From Octopus sinensis (taxonomy: Eukaryota), in contig NC_043002.1 of assembly GCF_006345805.1 (NCBI RefSeq), forward strand, positions 27,094,001 through 27,158,000: a DNA stretch of 64,000 nt, written 5' to 3'. The notes below the pieces were generated by a model. It saw only the letters and a program-made list of their open reading frames with translations. It was not told the origin of the DNA and ran no database searches. Position 1 is the stretch's first letter. Each line of letters opens with the position of its first letter. Shown here in pieces: positions 40,768 to 52,869 of this stretch. The position numbers and the translations under genes are program-made.

Positions 40768-40790
40768 CTGAAAAATATAAGTAGAACAAA
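40768..40790 (-). promoter_or_regulatory. Candidate 3' splice acceptor of a 5'UTR intron of the GPCR
   Basis: The minus strand reads TTTGTTCTACTTATATTTTTCAG|TT about 190 nt upstream of the ATG. Confidence 0.4.
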
Positions 40791-41450
40791 CATAAGTTGT
40801 GTTAATTGATATAATAGTTTCTGAAAGTAGCAGAAAATCACATATTTTAAGCAAGAAGGATAATAAAAAATATCGATCAAATACATGTATAATACTTTAC
40901 TTTTTCTTTTCAGCTGTGTAACAATAGATAGAAATAGACAGGCTACATGATTTCAATCTAGAACGTTAAATGATGTAAGACTATATCACACATATTTGAG
41001 TCGACGCTCTTTCGATTCTGCTCATCCATTTTACTTGACTACATGAGGTAATGGAAGCAGAAGAATAAATAATAGAAAAATATATGCTACGTATTATTCA
41101 ATATTTCAAATAAAATTTCAAAATGCTTGGAATTTATTTCTCCATGATATAACAAACACAGTTATCTGTTGCGTACATGCAATTCTCTAATTATTTATAT
41201 ATCTCGTTATTCACTGGAATGCATACATGCTGGTGCGTCGTGGTCAAACACACACACACAAACACACACATACACAAACACACACATACACACTCACATA
41301 ATGGCACGCACACACGCATACATAAATATATACAGACTGAGAGAGAGAGAGAGAGAGGGAGGTAATGTATGTAGTATGAATATACATAAATACATAGGCA
41401 CACAATTTTTATAATTATATATATAATATATAATATATATATATAATATA

Positions 41451-42646
41451 AGGGTCGATCACAAGATCCTATTGAAAAAACTATCCAACATTGGTGTCTC
41501 TGGAAAGTTACTGAAATGGATCAAGTGTTTCCTGACAGACAGATCTCAACATGTTGTAGTTGAAGGGGTAAAATCAAGCCCAGCCAAAGTCAGTAGTGGC
41601 GTTCCGCAAGGCACTGTGCTGGGCCCACTTCTTTTCATCATCTACATTAATGACATTAATGACATCATCAAGCACAGCAACATAAAAATCTTTGCAGATG
41701 ATTCCAAGCTACAGAAGGTCATAAATGAGGCGAGTGACCGGACATGCCTTCAGTCAGATCTACTGGCTGTTATCCAATGGGCAGAAAAAAACAATATGCT
41801 GCTGAACGAGGATACATTTGAGTTAATCCACTTTGGAAAAGAGGATGCCCTGAAACTCCCATACTCCCTTCCTTCAGGTGAAACTCTCGCGGCGTCCAAC
41901 AACATCAGAGACTTGGGAGTAATTGTGGACAACAACATAAGCTGGCCACTCATATAAACACCAAAGTTGACATGGCCCGCAGAATGTGTTCCTGGATTCT
42001 CAGAACTTTCCAGTCGAGAGATATCCACACCATTATCCTTCTCTTCTCCACTTTTGCCCGACCCCACCTTGAATACTGTTGTCCACTGTGGTCTCCCCAC
42101 ACAATACAAAGTATCATAAAAGTTGAAGCACCTCAAAGGGCAATCACAAAAAAGATAGATGGCATGACAGGCCTCGACTATTGGGGTCGACTAGAAAAGC
42201 TAAAGCTTCATTCTCTCCAACGTCGTCGTGAGCGCTACATCATCTGCATGATGTGGGAAATATTCCATCAGCATTGCCCAAATGATGTTGGCATCACCTT
42301 TAAGGTACATCCAAGGCTTGGGTCCCGTGCCATCCGCCCAAAACAAAAATCGCACTCTCATCTCATAACAACAATACGGCACAATTATTTCACCTCAATT
42401 GGCCCCGCTCTCTTTAACATTACCCCAAAACACATTAAAACAGAAACTGACCCTATAGGGTTCAAGAAGTCTTTGGACAGATTCCTTCAAGAAATCCCGG
42501 ATAAACCCCCTACACCCGGATATGTCTCTGTAAACAATAACTCTCTACTTGAGTGGGCCATAGTGCCCAAATTCTGACTTGAAAGACTTCACCAGGTGGT
42601 GCTATTAAGTTAGATATGGCCTGGGCCAATAATGGCCGAAACCTAT
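41451..42646 (+). mobile_element. CR1-like LINE 3' fragment, copy 1, frameshifted
   Basis: SGVPQGTVLGPLLFIIYIND, FADD and IRDLGV. A 1-nt deletion near 41943 relative to copy 2 splits the ORF. Bounded by (TA)n on both sides. Confidence 0.9.
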
Positions 42647-42698
42647 ATATATATAATATATTATATATATAATATATATATATAATATATATATATAT

Positions 42699-43070
42699 AA
42701 TTATTCAAAGGACATACTAGGTATGTCAACCAGCTCGAAATAACAGTCAAAACTCTTATTAAATCGCCAAAATTACACCGATGAAAACTACAGAAATTAA
42801 ACGAAGGCAAAATCAGGTTAAGACAATCTACAGGTTGGGGGTCTCTAATAATGGTAACACGTGCTGAAGAAGCTAAGGTTTTGTTTTACCAATGCAGAAA
42901 TCGATCTACGTGAGTCCAAATACTTAAATGTATGTTAGCAGATTGTCTTAACCTGATTTTGCCTTCGTTTAATTTCTGTAGTTTTCATCGGTGTATTTTT
43001 GGCGATTTAATAAGAGTTTTGACTGTTATTTCGAGCAGGTTGACATACCTAGTATATCTTTTGATTAATT
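42699..43070. repeat. Inverted repeat, 131-bp arms around a 110-bp spacer containing a hammerhead motif
   Basis: 42699-42829 is the reverse complement of 42940-43070, with 5 mismatches counted by eye. Confidence 0.95.
42858..42912 (+). ncRNA. Type I hammerhead motif with canonical core nucleotides and a mismatch at the base of stem II
   Basis: CACGTG-CTGAAGA-AGC...GCA-GAA-ATCGAT-C-TACGTG. Stem I is 6 bp (one G.U), stem III is the palindrome ATCGAT, the triplet is AUC, and 10.1/11.1 is A.A. Confidence 0.65.
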
Positions 43071-43194
43071 TTAATCCCTTGGCTATTTAATGCTATCGTT
43101 TGTGTCATTGATTCTGTTATTATCATTTAAAAAATTGTTGCATTGGATAATAATAGAATTAATGACACCTTCGTAAATTAATTTATATATATAT

Positions 43195-43239
<45 letters not shown>

Positions 43240-43270
43240 ATGAGTATCTGTACATACAAACACATATACA

Positions 43271-43382
<112 letters not shown>

Positions 43383-43387
43383 GTTTA

Positions 43388-43418
<31 letters not shown>

Positions 43419-43463
43419 GTATATATATATATATATATATATAAATTAGAAACAAATAACTTT

Positions 43464-44527
43464 TATCAATTCAAAATGAACAATTAAATTGCACCATCTA
43501 GGAAATTACATATAAAAGAAATATAAAATATAAAATAACAATAATATACCGATGATTAAATATTGTGCAAAATGATAAATAGAACGTATATATTTGGTAA
43601 AATAACGAGACGTGTTTCGTTATTTAGTTAGTTTATATAATAGGTTTTTGTATATTTGAACCATTTCCTATTTTTGATTGTATTATTCATGATTAGTAAT
43701 AGCATTGGTTATATTAATAAGACGCTAAAACCTATTTTTATACATATAAAATCCAGATAGATTAAATTAATCGATAAACTTCGTAACGTAGTTTTGTTTA
43801 TCAATATCATTTGGATCTTGTATTATATTGAATTTGATTGTTGTTATTATTATTATTGTTATTGACTGGATCTGTAGTGCACTATCCGTTGTAGTTGAAT
43901 GTCTTCATAGTGTATTGTTCATTTGTTCTAATATTTTTCGCACCTTTCTTTAATTTATGGGGCTTAGATGTTTTTCTTCCTTTCATTAGTAAATAATTTT
44001 CGCCATTATATCATTTATATATATATTGATAGTTATAAGTTTCGATAGTTATTAATTATTATATCTATTTATTGAGAATGATTTATTATTATTTTTATAA
44101 AGGGATCTAACGTATTACATTTAATTGAATTTGAGAATTAATTTTGTGAGACAATATATTATTTAATAATTAGGTAGTATATTTCTTAAGTAGTATTAAA
44201 TTTCAGTAAACTAGGTTTTATATTAATTGATATTTTGGTCAACTATATTTTTTAATGATATATTAAATCTATAGAAACTAGACATATATATTAATTATAT
44301 AGTTAGATTATTATAATGAGTGTGTCTATATTTGAACCATTTCTTATTTTGATTCCCATACTAATGGCTTGTACTAGCATTGTGTATATTAATCAATTTT
44401 AAGGTTTTAGTATTAATTGCTTAATGGGTATTAGACTGTATTTGGATGTTTATTAAAGAAATATATTAATTAATAATGTGATTTAATGTATATAATTTAA
44501 AGTATTGTATTTAGTTTTCACTTAATG

Positions 44528-44582
<55 letters not shown>

Positions 44583-45058
44583 ATATATCAAATAAAATTA
44601 AAAACAGAACACAAATGACACAAAGGATATCGCGGCAATGTTTTTAATTTTATTTTATATATTCTGTCTCATCTCTGCCACTATCTGGCATATACAGGCG
44701 CTTACACTTATCAAGTATTCACCCTAAATTTACAGTTATATATATTCATGAATATATTTATATTTTATATTTTAAAAGATTATTTACGTATCTCTATTAA
44801 TTAATTATTTTATTATTGTAGTTTATTTTTAACCTGATGAGTGGCTATATTTATATCGAAGTGATTTTACTACTACTAATTTTATTACTATATTCTTAAA
44901 TATAGCCACGAAGCACGTGTCGTTATTCTACCAAATATATTCGTTTTATTTATTATTTTGCACAATACTTAATCATCGGTATATTATTTAATATTTAATA
45001 TTTCTATTATATGTAATTTTCTGGATGGTGTAATTTAACGGTTCATTTTGAATTGATA
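43464..45058. repeat. Diverged inverted repeat (about 155-bp arms) around an extremely AT-rich 1.3-kb core
   Basis: 43464-43620 is the reverse complement of 44908-45058 at roughly 80% identity by eye. Confidence 0.8.
44830..44925 (+). ncRNA. Type I hammerhead motif with A15.1 changed to G
   Basis: TAAC-CTGATGA-GTGGCTATATTTA...TAAATATAGCCAC-GAA-GCACGTGT-C-GTTA. Stem I is 4 bp, stem II is 13 perfect bp, and the triplet is GUC. Confidence 0.7.
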
Positions 45059-45143
45059 TATATATTATATTTTGTAAAATTTGATTTAGTATTTCTAAAT
45101 TGAATTTTTCCCTGTAAGTTAGGAATAATATTCCCTCAAATTA

Positions 45144-45182
<39 letters not shown>

Positions 45183-45439
45183 TATTATTATATATATATA
45201 TATATATTATATATATATATTATATATATATATATATATATTTGTTACATCTCAAATCAGAAGAACATACACTATAAAGAGTATAGAGCAGTTATTTATT
45301 TGTGTACGTGTAACGTAAGTTTAGAAAAAAACATTAGTTTCATATCTAGCGTGAACTAGACATCTCTGCAGTTTCTCTAAGCAGTAACCGTTCTCTGTAA
45401 AGAATGTGTCTTTTAAAACACAAGAACGCCGGTGATATT

Positions 45440-46900
45440 TCAAGAAATAATCCTCTTTAAAAATATAACCGGCCGAGTTGTCTTTCGTCACTTGATAGCT
45501 AGGTTTTCCAATTTTGAAGTAAAAAAAAATTTCCGAAAATGTGGGCAATTCCCCACGGCTTCTGCCCTGGAGTTAAGGTAGCCTCCTGGCTCATGTGAGT
45601 TCATGAGAATTGTAAATCGTTCAGCCAAACAGAATTTACACAATCTTGTTCATAGGCCCACATGTTTCCAGTAATTTCCACCTGATTGTTAATGGGCGTA
45701 TGATCGTCCTTTAGGCGCCACACATATGCCGCAGGTATTGTTGTGTTGCGTCCTTACGGGACCCCTGAAAGAAGATCTGTGGTTATTCAGGCGAATTTCA
45801 AATCTGGATTCACAGGATACAACATTAGTTTTAGTTTGTGTCCCTGTGTTGGCATTGATGTTATTGATATTTGTGCTGCTTCAGTTTGAGGCTACCTATG
45901 CTTGGTACACTGTAGCCTCGGTGTTACATCGGCCGTCCACTTGGCATTCTTTCCTAAACCTGCATGAACAACCTGCCTCTGTCCGTAAGTAATGTATTCT
46001 TGATACCAGGTGCACAACTGAAAGAGATTCTTAAATTATGCCTATTAAAGATCTGTCTATAGTTGTGTGATCACGTGAAATGCTTAACAACCAACCTAAG
46101 AAAAAACTTGCCTATGCATGTCCGGACGTTTAGAGAGAAGTGAAGAGCAAACCATAAGCCTTGCGATGACGTTTCCTTTTATGGTTAATCAATCCAGGTA
46201 CATATACTATATTCTCTTTGAACCCGCTGGCCGCTAACGCTTCATTGAAAGCGGGAGCCGCTGCGTCGAAAATATCTTTATTTGGAGATAAGATCGAAAT
46301 CCGTTTACTGAAACCTTTTATTAAATTTTTTAACACTATGAGTGGATGGCCGGAAATTTTATTAATGTACAATAGCCTATCATTCAGTTTACAGTATGGT
46401 CTGTAGGTGCCACTATCTAGTTCCAGCGTGACATCGAAGAAGATCACCACGGTGAGGTTAGTTTCAATGTTGATTTTAAGGTCGAGGTCGTTTAGGGTGT
46501 GTATGATGTATTTTCTAAGCCAATCTAAAGTATGGCTGTTCGCACCACTGGAGATGGATAAGGTATTATCTCTATATAAGCCGAAGTGTACAGAGGAGAA
46601 TTTATTACCGAGGATGTCCAGAATGTAAACCCTATAAAGTCGCAAATATCAGTGCTGTCAAACGAGTCTTCGGGGTCAGATCGTTTGACCCAGGTTGAAT
46701 CCTGGTTGAAAAGTAGGGTTTTCCTAGCTTGCATAATTATATGTATTTCTCTATCACTTATGTCGGTAATTCGCCTAGCATATATTAACGCCCTATCAAG
46801 TAACACTTTCGATACCGATGGATTAAAGTCTAATATATCAAATTGTATGAACTTAGCTCTAAAAGTGTTTCGTTTGGTCTCAAACTAATATAATACCCCG
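45440..46900 (-). mobile_element. Decayed Penelope-like element: RT C-terminus, thumb and GIY-YIG-type endonuclease region
   Basis: FGLYRDNTL, FFDVTLEL, YRPYCKLND.LLYINK.SGHP and NEALAASG. Further downstream: FEIRLNNH (about 45780), WRLKD, CKFCLAERFTI (about 45610-45640) and NSRAE...CPH (about 45540), matching the PLE endonuclease C-terminal pattern. Confidence 0.8.
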
Positions 46901-46989
46901 ATTGCATTACGCCATAAAAAGAAATTAGATACCTTTCTTGTCTTTATTAACCATTTCTTACGTTACTCATACGATATATATATATATAT

Positions 46990-47023
<34 letters not shown>

Positions 47024-47166
47024 ATATATATATATATAATATATATATATATAATATATATATATATATGCAGTTGGTATATTCTATACTCGCTACTTCA
47101 ATACTTATTGAGCTCAGTTCAAGTGAGCCAATCATTTAAAGGATTTTCCGGATCGAACTTGAGAAA

Positions 47167-48019
47167 TGATTTTAATTCAAACCGAAGCCAGAAAAGGATC
47201 CAGGAATACAATGTCACAAGCTTTTGATATATCGTTTTTGTACTAATGTTGTTCCTGTGGTTGATCATTATATAAAATGTGATGATTATAATAAACCAGT
47301 CTGAAAAAGTATATCGCTCATAACGCAATATGACTGATTAGTGAATGATGCTGCTAAACTATTTTGTACTATATATAACGGGAATGTTTACTATATATAT
47401 ATATATATAATATATATATATATATTATATATATATATATATATATAATTGATACAAAAGGTACACTGAACTTGAAGGAATGAAAAGTAGAATGGTCATG
47501 TTAATTTGTTTCGCTACACACACCAAAGAGACATTTTTTTCTTGAACCTTCAACTGTTGTAATGCATATACGAAAAACGGTGCACCACGGATTAACGATA
47601 AACCTTGAAAATAAACATTGTACCAACGAAGCACTCCTTTTGATATAATCGACGAACTTTCTCTCCACGTACTTGGCTTTGTTTCTATGGAAACAGTATT
47701 ATTTAAACAATATATTATATAGCGTGCCGATAAACTAGAGCGTCACAATGCCTCAAGATATTTCTTCTCACATTTTACCTCCTCAATTCAAATCCTGATT
47801 TTAATTCAAACCGAAGCCAGAAAAGGATCCAGGAATACAATGTCACAAGCTTTTGATATATCGTTTTTGTACTAATGTTGTTCCTGTGGTTGATCATTAT
47901 ATAAAATGTGATGATTATAATAAACCAGTCTGAAAAAGTATATCGCTCATAACGCAATATGGACTGATTAGTGAAATGATGCTGCTAAACTATTTTGTAC
48001 TATATATAACGGGAATGTT

Positions 48020-48057
<38 letters not shown>

Positions 48058-48400
48058 GATACAAAAGGTACACTGAACTTGAAGGAATGAAAAGTAGAAT
48101 GGTCATGTTAATTTGTTTCGCTACACACCAAAGAGACATTTTTTTCTTGAACCTTCAACTGTTGTAATGCATATACGAAAAACGGTGCACCACGGATTAA
48201 CGATAAACCTTGAAAATAAACATTGTACCAACGAAGCACTCCTTTTGATATAATCGACGAACTTTCTCTCCACGTACTTGGCTTTGTTTCTATGGAAACA
48301 GTATTATTTAAACAATATATTATATAGCGTGCCGATAAACTAGAGCGTCACAATGCCTCAAGATATTTCTTCTCACATTTTACCTCCTCAATTCAAATCC
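47167..48400. repeat. Tandem duplication of about 630 bp and 605 bp
   Basis: 47167-47795 and 47796-48400 are nearly identical, differing in (TA)n length and 1-2 nt indels. Confidence 0.95.
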
Positions 48401-49444
48401 TGCTGGTGTGTATATTGCGTTCGTTGAAATAAGGTACCGGTTAAGTACTAGGGTTACTGATATCGACAAATCCCTTCCACTAAAGTTGCTGGCCTTGTAC
48501 CTAAATCAGCAACAATTTTTAAAACATTTGAATTTGAATTAAATAATATTTGTAATATTAGCACAAAGACTTATTGAATCTACGATTTTGTTTTATCGTT
48601 TGCTCAACATGTATTAATGTAATTTCAAAGAGCGAGGAAAGGAAACGTTATTTTCAATGCAAGCTTATTAGGATTTGTTTAATTTCCTGTTTACCATTCA
48701 AGAATGACCTTTTCGTAAAACGAACAACAAAAATGAACGCAAATTACTTTACATTGCAGCATATGGACTAATCAACCAAGATTGATGAACTGAAGTTGAC
48801 AAAGATCTGCTTAGATGAGCTATTCACATATTGTCGGATTTCACCACTGTTTTGTTGATTTTATTTTTTCATACAGTTGTTGCCGTCCATATCACTTCAA
48901 AATGATATTGTTGCTATTTTAATCATGGAGAAATCGTTATCAGAGTTCGGTGCAATACTATACAAAGGTTTAATTAAATTTCTATTGTGGTGTTTATTCC
49001 ACGTAGAGTTGGACTGATACAATATTCGTGCGAAATTAATTTCGTATCTCTCATAATTTGCATAACTATGGTTTCACTTGTTTGTAATTCAAGGGCGGCG
49101 ATAAACGCTATACGTAGCTACACAGTGCATTTTTCATCCTTTAATGCATCTCTTTAGATGCTTCATTCTTCTGAGTTCAAGCTTTGAGACATTGCGCCTC
49201 ATTTAGAAATCGATATTTTCATGTGGATTCTAATCTTGGAGCAAACATGTTAATGGATGAAAATTGCTGCAGTTAATTTTGCCTTTCTCTCGTAAACATT
49301 GGCTAAAAAAAGAGACATCTCTAATGTGATTCTGTTAATTTAATCAACTCTATGATGCACCCAAAATGTGTGGTTTTATTATGCTAATATTTGACCTCAA
49401 TTTAATTCACACTGACACTTAATTGAATTTAATGAAAGAAGCTT

Positions 49445-49500
<56 letters not shown>

Positions 49501-49559
49501 CAAACACACACACACATATATATAACCTCTTTCATTAAATTAAATTGCGGCCATATATC

Positions 49560-49598
<39 letters not shown>

Positions 49599-49630
49599 GC
49601 ACATATAGTCTTACATACACATACTTAAAA

Positions 49631-49685
<55 letters not shown>

Positions 49686-49686
49686 C

Positions 49687-49750
<64 letters not shown>

Positions 49751-49751
49751 T

Positions 49752-50777
49752 TACATTAATGACATTAATGACATCATCAAGCACAGCAACATAAAAATCT
49801 TTGCAGATGACTCCAAGCTACAGAAGGTCATAAATGAGGCGAGTGACCGGACATGCCTTCAGTCAGATCGACTGGCTGTTATCCAATGGGCAGAAAAAAA
49901 CAATATGCTGCTGAACGAGGATAAATTTGAGCTAATCCACTTTGGAAAAGAGGATGCCCTGAAACTCCCATACTCCCTTCCTTCAGGTGAAACTCTCGCG
50001 GCGTCCAACAACATCAGAGACTTGGGAGTAATTGTGGACAACAACATAAGGTGGGCCACTCATATAAACACCAAAGTTGACATGGCCCGCAGAATGTGTT
50101 CCTCGATTCTCAGAACTTTCCAGTCGAGAGATATCCACACCATTATCCTTCTCTTCTCCACTTTTGCCCGACCCCACCTTGAATACTGTTGTCCACTGTG
50201 GTCTCCCCACACAATACAAGGTATCATAAAAGTTGAAGCACCTCAAAGGGCAATCACAAAAAAGATAGATGGCATGACAGGCCTCGACTATTGGGGTCGA
50301 CTAGAAAAGCTAAAACTCTATTCTCTCCAACGTCGTCGTGAGCGCTACATCATCTGCATGATGTGGAAAATATTCCATCAGCATTGCCCAAATGATGTTG
50401 GCATCACCTTCAAGGTACATCCAAGGCTTGTGCCCCGTGCCATCCGCCCAAAACAAAAATCGCACTCTCATCTCATAACAACAATACGGCACAATTATTT
50501 CACCTCAATTGGCCCCGCTCTCTTTAACATTACACCAACACACATTAAAACAGAAACTGACCCTATAGGGTTCAAGAAGTCTTTGGACAGATTCCTTCAA
50601 GAAATCCCGGATAAACCCCCTACACCCGGATATGTCTCTGTAAACAATAACTCTCTACTTGAGTGGGCCATAGTGCCCAAATTCTGACTTGAAAGACTTC
50701 ACCAGGTGGTGCTATTAAGTTAGACATGGCCTGGGCCAATAATGGCCGAAACCTATCAAAGTATCAAAGTATCAAAG

Positions 50778-50780
<3 letters not shown>
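49752..50780 (+). mobile_element. CR1-like LINE 3' fragment, copy 2, with (ATCAAAGT)x3 tail
   Basis: Near-identical to about 41643-42646. Open frame to the stop at 50687, tail repeats at 50755-50778, embedded in (TA)n. Confidence 0.9.
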
Positions 50781-50809
<29 letters not shown>

Positions 50810-50830
50810 CATACATATATATATATATAT

Positions 50831-50909
<79 letters not shown>

Positions 50910-50910
50910 C

Positions 50911-51673
50911 ATATGTGTATATTGGCAGGGCTTACTGCTAGGGAGTCGGCCGTATGCTAGAAATAGACCATCAACGATCAAACTACAAGGAAAATTCTCT
51001 AGAGGAAAAATACAGCGAACACCAGAACCAACTTTGGCGGGCATGACAGATGAAAATTTATATTAAAAACAGAATTAAATGCATACCTCGGTTTCAGCCT
51101 TAACAAAAGAATTATTTACGTAATTCAAATGTCCGTGCTTCTTCAGTGCATCCGTTCATTGTGATGTAAACTGAAAAGCTAACCCTAGCTTTCGTGCCAG
51201 TACAGACACGTGTGTAGCTTTACCGATTACACCAGTGATAACATTTCAAATGTCTTGGTTCTGGCGCGCTAATAAATTTCTGAGGCGAAGGGCTGCAGTA
51301 AATAATTCACTGCGGTCGGTGCTTAGTACTAGAGAACGTATTTATTTCAATATTTAACAATGAGGGAGATAAATTAATATTAATTTTAATATCAATTTAA
51401 AACCAGTAGTCCAGCATACAAAAATCTGAGAATTCATCTGTCATGCCCGCCAAAGTTGGTTCTGGTGTTCGCTGTATTTTTCCTCTAGATAATTTTCCTT
51501 GTAGTTTGATCGTTGATGGTCTATTTCTAGCATACGGCCGACTCCCTAGCAGTAAGCCCTGCCAATATACACATATATTAGAATTTTCTCTGATTTCTCA
51601 GATTTTTGTATGCTGGACTACTGGTTTTAAATTGATATTAAAATTAATATTAATTTATCTCCCTCATTGGTAA

Positions 51674-51677
<4 letters not shown>
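50911..51677. repeat. Interlocked inverted repeats A-S-B-A'-B'
   Basis: A 50911-51054 pairs with A' 51433-51576 (144 bp, 1 mismatch). B 51350-51432 pairs with B' 51595-51677 (83 bp, 1 mismatch). (TA)n on both sides. Confidence 0.92.
51079..51151 (-). ncRNA. Type I hammerhead ribozyme, canonical core
   Basis: The minus strand reads ATGCA-CTGAAGA-AGC-ACG-GACA-TTT-GAATTA-CGTAAA-TAATTC-TTT-TGTT-AAG-GCT-GAA-ACCGAGGT-A-TGCAT. Stem I is 5 bp, stem II is extended with symmetric 3x3 loops, and the triplet is GUA. Confidence 0.85.
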
Positions 51678-51760
<83 letters not shown>

Positions 51761-51892
51761 ATATATATGTATATATATTTATATATATATATGTATGTAT
51801 GTATATTAATATATAGACATATACATTTATATACTCATATTAATCCCGTGATCAATTTAGCATTAAGATATTTAATATCTTTACATGTTAAG

Positions 51893-52070
51893 GGCAGTGA
51901 GCTGGCGGAATCCTTAGTACGTGGGGCAAAGTGATTTAAAGAGTTTCTTTCGTCTTTACATTCCCAGTTCGAATTCTACCGAGGTCGACTTTGCCTTTCA
52001 ATCCATTCGGGATTGATAAAATAAGTATCAGTTGAACACTGGAGGCGACGTGATCGACTTTCCCTCTTCT
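51893..52070 (+). mobile_element. SINE-like repeat, same family as 8934-9100
   Basis: GGGCAGTGAGCTGGCGGAA head, GTTCGAATTC B-box-like motif and GTCGACTTTGCCTTTCA core. Confidence 0.65.
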
Positions 52071-52869
52071 CCCGCCATTAATGGCTATGTACCAATATTT
52101 TTATCTGCGTTTCGTTCCCTGAAGTGTGAATAAATATTTTGGTGAACGAAGAAGAATAACAACAACAATTATCCTTTCTCTAAGTAAAAAACTAGGGAGC
52201 TTCTATGTGGTCGTTTGCGCTGTTAGACCTTTGCACTCAAATCTGTTTCATCTTACACTCCAATGATAAATCGTTTGCATGATATCATCGAGGTGAAAGA
52301 GACGTGTTCCACCCCTGGCCATGGACAGGAAGATAGACTCCGGTAATCTGGCAGTGTCACTCTAGGCGAGCTACTTGATATTGAACCCAAACTGGTTACT
52401 TGCATGGGGAGCAGCATAGCAGGTAGGTGTGAAACCTTGGAAGAAGAACAGTCAATCTAGTCAACGGTAAGGTGCACAAAATGCTGCACAGAGAAATCCA
52501 AAACAGATCAATGGCCAGGGTCAACCAGTTCAGTCAGAGAAATACTGCGACTATCAATAGACATGGCTCACACTGATGATTATACCAAGCTATCGAAAGA
52601 TTATTCATGACTGTAGATGATTCTAGACACTCATACCGCGTCGATCATTGCGCTGATTACCAAGGGTCGTGACAAGGGGCGCCAGTTCTTGCACTTGCGT
52701 AGCACCAGCTACAGAACCAAAACCAAAGTCGAAATTTGCATTATGCAACAATCCTTTTATAGTATCGACTTTCGATGTAACAACTTTGAAATTTATATCT
52801 CAAATATGAGAACTTGCTGCATCGGCTATCAACTTTCATATTGACATCTTGTGAGTACAGGAACATCGT

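Noticed and set aside
52573-52605. CTGATGA...TATC-GAAAGAT
   Set aside because: Stem II is out of register and there is no stem III or stem I.
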